Below the pieces are notes generated by a model. The model made no database searches and was not told the origin of the DNA. It saw only the letters and a program-made list of their open reading frames with translations. From NCBI GenBank assembly GCA_000002445.1, contig CM000208.1, positions 224,001 through 288,000 on the forward strand: a stretch of DNA of 64,000 nucleotides, given 5' to 3'. Source of the stretch: Trypanosoma brucei. Lineage: Eukaryota. This document shows, piece by piece, positions 57,984 to 64,000 of this stretch; within the stretch, counting starts at the first letter, position 1; each line of letters starts with the position of its first letter. The translations under genes were made by a program, and so were the position numbers.

Positions 57984-59384
57984 TTACGAGAGTGGTTCGT
58001 TCCTCATGAATTTCTCAATTATAGTGGATGCCGCAGCAGGTTGATCCATCGGCACCATGTGACCCGCACGGTACACCTGCACAAAACTGAAGTGCATTGA
58101 CGATGTGTTTGATGATACACTACGTACAAGACCCGCAGCACTACCATCAATAGATGAGAATGGGGTATCAGGGGCCTTCACAAACTCTTCACTTCCAGAC
58201 CACTGAAGTGCAAGTGTCCACTCCTTATTTCCAATCCAGTTGCAGATAAAGTCCATATCACCGGCATAAATCATTACTCGAACTCCATCTTCGAGGAGTC
58301 CACTAATTGTGTAGTTAAAGTTCTTAGACCAGTCAATGTTGAACATTTTGCTAGCATCAAAAACGCAAGATTTCCAAACAGTAGGGCGGACACCAAGTGA
58401 CTTCTGAACATTCTCACGGTTCATAAAAGCGGGTATGGCATCAAATTTGTAGCAAAGTGTTGCGTTGCATTTTCTTCGGATATCATAAGTACTTATTTTT
58501 GTCAAAGTGAAAAGATTAGTCACAGGATCGCATGTCACACGAGACAACTTACACAAATACTGCGATGATGAAGCGCCAGCGTTGCACGCGTTGATCACTT
58601 TCTGGCAAGCGGGCACCATACTGTTCATGGAGTCATATGTCTCGCGGGATACACACGGACTTCCAAGAACTTCCTTGCACCAGTCCCATGCAAGTCTGGG
58701 ATATGACGCATATTGTGTATACGGATCTGTTAAACCGTTTCCTACAGCCAATCCTGCAAGAGGAATGTATATGCCTTCACCCTTTTTATTGCCTTGGTTA
58801 ATGCGGTAAGCTGTAGCCGGAGCAAAGTGGCCACCGTAGCTTTCCCCAACAACAAAGAAGTCGTTTTCACGCAGGTCCTCGTGCTCACCAAAGAAGGCCT
58901 GTAGAAAGTTGTACATGTCCTCCGATACCTCCGCTTCATTCTTATCATAATCCGCTTTATCCGCATACGAAAAGCCCACACCGGCAGGTTGATCGATATA
59001 TATTACATACGCGTGGTTGTTCCACGAGTACGTATTGTTGTATATGTCACCAGTCGTTTCGTTCATGAGGCAAGGTCCATTCTCTGCAAGTAGCGCAAAC
59101 ATGGAACTACATCCAGGACCACCTGTCATCCACAGGAGCACTGGGGCATTGGGATTGCCATCACGTGGTCCAAATGCCCAGTAGAAGTAATGTTTGTCAC
59201 TCTGCTCTCCAGGAATATCAAAATATCCGCTCCATTGATTAACGCCGGGGTCACAAGGCTCCCAACCAGAGCCCGTCGTGCGAAGCGCTAGAGATAAACT
59301 ACGATAGACAGTATTTGCTAAAACTACGACCAGGATGCAAGCAGCCAGTAACGATAGCATTACCGGATACGAAATGAGCCGCAT
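57984..59384 (-). CDS. CBP1: Serine carboxypeptidase (S10; CBP1), array copy 3, with a divergent signal peptide and central region
   Basis: 466 aa with an ATG start. The N-terminus 'MRLISYPVMLSLLAACILVVVLA' differs from copies 1 and 2. From 'RTTGSGWEPCDPG' onward it is identical to them up to the central variable block. Confidence 0.9.
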   Translation of the reverse strand: MRLISYPVMLSLLAACILVVVLANTVYRSLSLALRTTGSGWEPCDPGVNQWSGYFDIPGEQSDKHYFYWAFGPRDGNPNAPVLLWMTGGPGCSSMFALLAENGPCLMNETTGDIYNNTYSWNNHAYVIYIDQPAGVGFSYADKADYDKNEAEVSEDMYNFLQAFFGEHEDLRENDFFVVGESYGGHFAPATAYRINQGNKKGEGIYIPLAGLAVGNGLTDPYTQYASYPRLAWDWCKEVLGSPCVSRETYDSMNSMVPACQKVINACNAGASSSQYLCKLSRVTCDPVTNLFTLTKISTYDIRRKCNATLCYKFDAIPAFMNRENVQKSLGVRPTVWKSCVFDASKMFNIDWSKNFNYTISGLLEDGVRVMIYAGDMDFICNWIGNKEWTLALQWSGSEEFVKAPDTPFSSIDGSAAGLVRSVSSNTSSMHFSFVQVYRAGHMVPMDQPAAASTIIEKFMRNEPLS

Positions 59385-60913
59385 ATGTAATCTGACGTCT
59401 CTTGCTACTGTATCTAGGTGTATGTATATCTTTTTTATTCTGATTATTATTTATTTAAAAATAAAATACTCTTTGCATCTTTTTTTTTTTGAGTTAAATA
59501 CAGTTTGAAGATAGTCCGCGGTGGTTATGTTGTAACGCCAAGAGTAAGGTAGTGAGATAAATGGGTGAGAAGTTCAGTTGCTCATGTGAACAGCCCCTCT
59601 CTTATTCCTCTCGGGTTTGTTGTTGGTGTCGTGTTGTTAATTTCACTGTAGCTGTTACAACCTCTTTATTGTTAATTTTCATTTCCTTTATTCTCTTCTT
59701 TGTTTTTTCTCTTCTTGTGTGACGTGTCTTCTGGTTTCTCCTTCCTCCTGTTCCGCTTCTTGTTACTTTCCCCCTTTTGTGTTGCTGTTTTCTCTCCCTC
59801 CCCCCCCCGCACTGCACGTGTCTTTTGATTTTCTCTTTATCACACTTCGCGTTACTCTGTTCGTAGCCAAAACAGCAAACACAAACATATATATATATAA
59901 ATATATATTCACTTGTCCGTATGCGCATGGGTTTAATCATTCACCGTGGGGTTTGGAAAAGCTGCTGTGAGGTGCTCCTTTCCTCCCCATTCTATTCTTT
60001 CATGCCCTTCATTTTCCTCTTGTTATTTTGTGTGGTTCATTGCCTGAAACAGCACACGCGGAGTCGTGTCATTTTCACGGTGTAATCGCCGGTGCTCACA
60101 GTGAACAAAAAAATGTAATATAAATACGGGGACCGATGGGTTATGCCGTCGCGACTTGAAAAAAAACGCAAGCGAGGCGATACAATAACAATACACTCGC
60201 ACAAATGCAAGATGACAAGGATATTGAAAAAGACCAGAGGGAAGTGAAAGAAAAAAAAAAAGATCGTCACATCCAATTGTGATTGCACTCCTTCTCGTCA
60301 GTTCGGATACGTGTGTCTCATGCATTTTTGATATGTTCTCGTGAAGCACCCTCACAAACCGTTGTGGTAAACAAAGAGATAGGTGATTCCTTTATTTTTT
60401 TTCTCTTTTTTTCTTTTTTAATACCCTAACTTCCCACAAGTTCTGAGAGAGCGTTATAAATAAATCTCCTCCACGTCGCCAGTAGGGGATAGGACTCCAC
60501 ACGTAAAAGCGCCGGGAAGTGCAAGGACAAAAAAACCAATAAAAACGAGAGGTGCGCCGCCCCGTGGCCAGCGCTGACGAGAAGGAATTAGTGCCTTCAA
60601 CCAACAATTCACTAAAGTCAGCTCTCATCTAGGGATGAAAACGTTGCACGTGCATATAATAAATGTGCAAACACAAATATTTCACATTCTCTCGTTGCGG
60701 CAACACTGTCCTACAGGCCGATCTTATGAGCTGCTCGAGAGGCTTGTTGCACCCGCATACACATGCCAACAAAGTGTTCACCGACATCGATGAGAATTTG
60801 AATTTCCCACCGGCATCATATCAGGCATGCTGTCCCGCTTCTCCGCTCTCGTCTCACGGTTCCTTTCCACCAATGCACTCACCACTTTATCTATCTCCTC
60901 TCTCCGTCTCCTT

Positions 60914-62524
60914 TTACGCCCGTGTCATGATGATGTCGTCGATCTTGAGGATCATCATCACACATTCCGCAGCGAGCCTGACAGCCGACGTCGACACCAG
61001 TAGCGGCTGCACGACATTCTCCTCCACCATATCTGTCACACAACCTTTTCGTACGTTAACACCAGCGTTCTTGTTTCCACTGGCATGCGCATTGCGGAGC
61101 TCCGTTACGATAGAAATAGGCTGAAGGCCGGCATTTTCGGCTAGTGTGTATGGGACAACCTCGAAAGCATCTGCGAAGGCACGCATGCAAAAGGTTTGCA
61201 TACCCTGAGCGCGCTCCCGTGCGTATTTGCTGAGTTGAAGGCACACCTCAGTTTCGCCAGCGGCACCACCAGCTACAATGGCGCGCTTCTTCACGATGGA
61301 ACGGATCACACAAAGCGAATCATGTAGCGCACGCTCAGCCTCCTCCAGCATCAGGTTATTGCTTCCGCGTAAGAAAAAAGTAACAGTTTTTCCAAAGAGC
61401 TGCAGGTTAATCTTCTCCGACGGAGGCTGCACCCCCGTGATTCGGATAATCTTTCCGCTCGGGGTGTTTTCCTCTACCACAAGATCTGCATGGCCAAATT
61501 TCTCCGGCTTCAAGTTCTCTATGTTCGCCACAGGGAGGCACCCGATCGTTTTGGTAATAAAGTCGATGTCGCTGCGCTCAACGTCCTTTACCACCATGAT
61601 CTTCATCTTGGCGAGGAAGTCGAGACTCTGCACGGTCACAGCGTCACGAAGAACGGATTTTTGCACCAGCAGCACATTTACACCTGCATCCTTAATCTGT
61701 TTGCAAAGGTTCAGAAGGTACTTTCGTTCCTCCTTTAACGCCCGATCCATCTGGTTGTAGTCGCTGATAGTAACAGTACTCTCCATGTCCGTCTTGGGTG
61801 GCGAAAGCTGAAACTGAATAAGGGCTATTGTGGCGTTTGCAATGCGCACTGGACCACCGGCGACGTGGGACGCCTTCTGCTTGAACACCATACCGTTCGA
61901 AAGCATTACCGACTCGTCGATTGTCCCTCCGAGGGCCGTCACGATGCGCACATCTCGCAAATCCACGTCGCCGTTATCCCTCATTATTTGCCTCACCGCA
62001 TCCACAGCCATTGGGGCTATCAAATCGCTATTCTGCGAAATGATTTTTGAGTTTAGCGACGTGATGGCGGCCCTAATGAGCGTCTCCCTGTCGTTGATGT
62101 CAATTTTCACGCTCATCCCTTCCAACACCTGTTCAGCTAATTTAGCACATTCGTTGAAACACTCGGATATCTGCGTCGGATGAATTCCCTTCAACAGCAG
62201 TTCCTCCACAGCACGTAGCAGAGCGCCACAGAGCACTACAACACTTGTAGTCCCGTCTCCCGCCTCCACATCCTGTGCTTTGGAAAGTTCCACCAACATC
62301 TTGGCACACGGGTGAGTTACCTGCAGTTTGGAAAGGATCGTCGCACCATCGTTACTGATGATTACCTCACCGCGAGGTTCAATAATCATCTTATCCATGC
62401 CTCGAGGGCCGAGAGAAGTGCGAATACAATCCGCCACAGCTTTGGCAGAGGTGATGTTACTTAGACGCACATCAGTTTGTGTGTTTGTGTCTTTCTTGTT
62501 TTCATTTGCCTTCTTGGTAGACAT
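60914..62524 (-). CDS. CCT4: T-complex protein 1 (CCT chaperonin) delta subunit
   Basis: Chaperonin signatures are present: 'AVADCIRTSLGPRGMDKMI', 'ATILSKLQVTHPCAKMLVELSKAQDVEAGDGTTSVVVLCGALL', and 'AVTVQSLDFLAKMKIMVVKDVERSDIDFITK'. The track start (62581) is a GTG; I call the ATG at 62522-62524 ('MSTKKANENKK...'). Confidence 0.85.
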   Translation of the reverse strand: MSTKKANENKKDTNTQTDVRLSNITSAKAVADCIRTSLGPRGMDKMIIEPRGEVIISNDGATILSKLQVTHPCAKMLVELSKAQDVEAGDGTTSVVVLCGALLRAVEELLLKGIHPTQISECFNECAKLAEQVLEGMSVKIDINDRETLIRAAITSLNSKIISQNSDLIAPMAVDAVRQIMRDNGDVDLRDVRIVTALGGTIDESVMLSNGMVFKQKASHVAGGPVRIANATIALIQFQLSPPKTDMESTVTISDYNQMDRALKEERKYLLNLCKQIKDAGVNVLLVQKSVLRDAVTVQSLDFLAKMKIMVVKDVERSDIDFITKTIGCLPVANIENLKPEKFGHADLVVEENTPSGKIIRITGVQPPSEKINLQLFGKTVTFFLRGSNNLMLEEAERALHDSLCVIRSIVKKRAIVAGGAAGETEVCLQLSKYARERAQGMQTFCMRAFADAFEVVPYTLAENAGLQPISIVTELRNAHASGNKNAGVNVRKGCVTDMVEENVVQPLLVSTSAVRLAAECVMMILKIDDIIMTRA

Positions 62525-63472
62525 TTTGGGGGTCTTCTTTTTTGTTTTCTTTTTATCGTTAGCTTGTATCGACGTATGCACTTACAAATCCTAATTATTC
62601 TCGTTTCCCTTCAAATATTTCCCTTTTAGTTGTATAATCTTCATATACACGCGCGCATGCGCCAAACAAAAAGAAAAAAAGTAAAGAAGAGGAAACGAGA
62701 AACACCAGGGAAGTATTAAAGAGGGAACGCTATTGCCCATGCCAATGGTACAAATAAGTGACTTTATCTTCACACCGCACCTCCGCGAAACAAATATATG
62801 CATGCATTTCCCTATTCATTTCACAAGCACAGCACCTGACTTTTTTTTTTTCGCATAAGACACTAAAACCGAGGGACTGCTATAGCCAATACGCTTAAAC
62901 AAATCCCCACATACCAGGGCATCAAAACAAAATGCATTGTCCAGTACACTCCCCTCACCCGGGATGGGCGAAATTAAATTGGATTGCTCTGTTCTGTGAA
63001 ACAGAAAAAACAAAAAAAGAAACAAGTCAAGGAGAAAACATCGAATGTCTATGTACACAACTTGACACCACTCTTCTGCCTCACCTCCAAAGGGTAGAAG
63101 CATTCACAAACGTCTGCAAGCACACCTGCACACCCCTCTCTTCTTTTCTTTTTTCGGAGGGGGGTGCTGTGGCAAAAAAAAAAAGATAAATTAGAAGAAA
63201 AAAAAAGAGAACCACTGCGTCAGCCAACCCTCGACATATCTCTCCATTCACTATCTGTAGCACCCGCCTATTCCGCCTCCTCCATACGGACTCAACCATA
63301 TCACCAACACCCTACACCCATACATATATTTACATATAGATAGCACACGCGTGGCAAATCACCATTCTGTGGGAAGCAAGAAAAGATTCCCTTAAGTAGC
63401 ACCAAAGCCCTCGCTCATAAGAACATACAAATACAAACACCTATATGTCGGCAACTCACCCGTCGGTCACCT

Positions 63473-64000
63473 TTAGAACTCGACAGAAAAGTATGGGTGC
63501 TCCAATGCCTGAGCTGCGGTTAATCGTTCACTTGGCTCATACCTCAGCAGCCAACGAAGAAGATCAATCCCCTGCGGGCCAAGTTTCGCATAGGCGGGAT
63601 TCGTTTGAAACTGCTCTTCACAGGTCGCTGCAAGGGTTTGCTGAAACTCCGGTCTGCTCAGCATGTTGGAAGAGTTGGGATATGTGTCCATGGATGGCCA
63701 CACTTGTCTATTTGGAGTACCGAGGAACTGAAATATTCGTAGCAGTTGATCCGCATCATTCTTCCCCGTGAAGAGAGGAGCGCCAATGGCCATCTCAGCA
63801 AAGATGCACCCAACCGACCAAATATCAACAGGTGTGCCGTACTGCGTGGAGCCTAACAACACGTCTGGTGAGCGATACCACAACGTCACCACCTCCTGAG
63901 TGAACTTTTTAACAGGAATACCAAATGCGCGCCCCAGCCCAAAGTCAGCCAGTTTGAGCTCCTTTTCGCGCGATATTAAAAGGTTAGGTGGTTTCAAATC
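63473..64000 (-). CDS. CRK1: cdc2-related protein kinase (CDK family), 3' portion only; the gene continues beyond the window end
   Basis: Kinase subdomains VI-XI are present: 'KPPNLLISREKELKLADFGLGRAFGIPVKKFTQEVVTLWYRSPDVLLGS', 'VDIWSVGCIFAEM', and the C-terminus 'ALEHPYFSVEF*'. The symbol CRK1 comes from my recollection of the T. brucei gene order CBP1 x3 - TCP1-delta - CRK1, not from a search. Confidence 0.65.
   Translation of the reverse strand, partial: DLKPPNLLISREKELKLADFGLGRAFGIPVKKFTQEVVTLWYRSPDVLLGSTQYGTPVDIWSVGCIFAEMAIGAPLFTGKNDADQLLRIFQFLGTPNRQVWPSMDTYPNSSNMLSRPEFQQTLAATCEEQFQTNPAYAKLGPQGIDLLRWLLRYEPSERLTAAQALEHPYFSVEF

Larger units (their letters stand above)
54180..59400 (-). 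repeat. Head-to-tail tandem array of three CBP1 genes plus conserved spacer/UTR sequences (periods ~1716 and ~2015 bp)
   Basis: Spacer motifs are shared, e.g. 'caatgcaatacacataaattcgaacagactccggttacgagagtgg' after each stop codon, and 'catcatttgtatgggaacttacttctacacagatgatcgaaagaaacaaatcacaatcgg...' at 55649-55800 and 57365-57516. Confidence 0.9.

Noticed and set aside
61278-62183. Plus-strand ORFs (160 aa, 117 aa) overlapping the TCP-1 delta gene
   Set aside because: They are antisense to a chaperonin gene with strong conserved motifs. There is no domain signal.
1-64000. Prokaryotic feature classes (CRISPR arrays, operons, defence islands, sigma-70 promoters, rho-independent terminators)
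   Set aside because: The sequence has kinetoplastid nuclear organisation and eukaryotic gene content (kinesin, CCT, CDK, PRP4). No direct repeat-spacer architecture resembling CRISPR is present. The only regular repeats are coding (the kinesin tail and CBP1 array).

Overview
The window looks like nuclear DNA from an African trypanosome (Trypanosoma brucei-like), not a prokaryote. The evidence is intron-less ORFs packed head-to-tail on one strand and separated by pyrimidine-rich spacers (trans-splicing/polyadenylation signals), with no bacterial-type promoters or operon signals. The gene content points the same way: a tandem-domain thymidine kinase, a triple tandem array of serine carboxypeptidase III (CBP1), a PIF1 helicase, a chaperonin (CCT/TCP-1) delta subunit and a cdc2-related kinase. 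CRISPR, prokaryotic defence systems and operons therefore do not apply.

There are two convergent polycistronic units. A plus-strand unit (264 to about 48848) carries about 15 genes. A minus-strand unit (54259 to the window end) carries CBP1 x3, the CCT/TCP-1 delta subunit and a partial CRK. Between them lies a 5.4 kb gene-poor convergent strand-switch region.

The supplied ORF track uses GTG/TTG as well as ATG as start codons, so I moved several starts to the first in-frame ATG.

Features worth a second look:
- A giant kinesin carries two arrays of a Cys-rich 41/53-aa (123/159-nt) repeat, bracketed by a duplicated 283-nt coiled-coil block.
- A large protein has about 20 IQ motifs.
- One ORF has a signal peptide and a GPI-like C-terminus, suggesting a lone surface-protein gene inside a housekeeping unit.
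- The thymidine kinase has a homogenised 101-nt 5' tract shared by both domains.
- The CBP1 copies are mosaic, consistent with gene conversion.
- A 351-bp in-frame duplication sits inside a WD40/coiled-coil gene.
- The strand-switch region contains no recognisable tRNA.

Species, family and locus assignments rest on recognised protein motifs and on memory of T. brucei biology. No database search was run.
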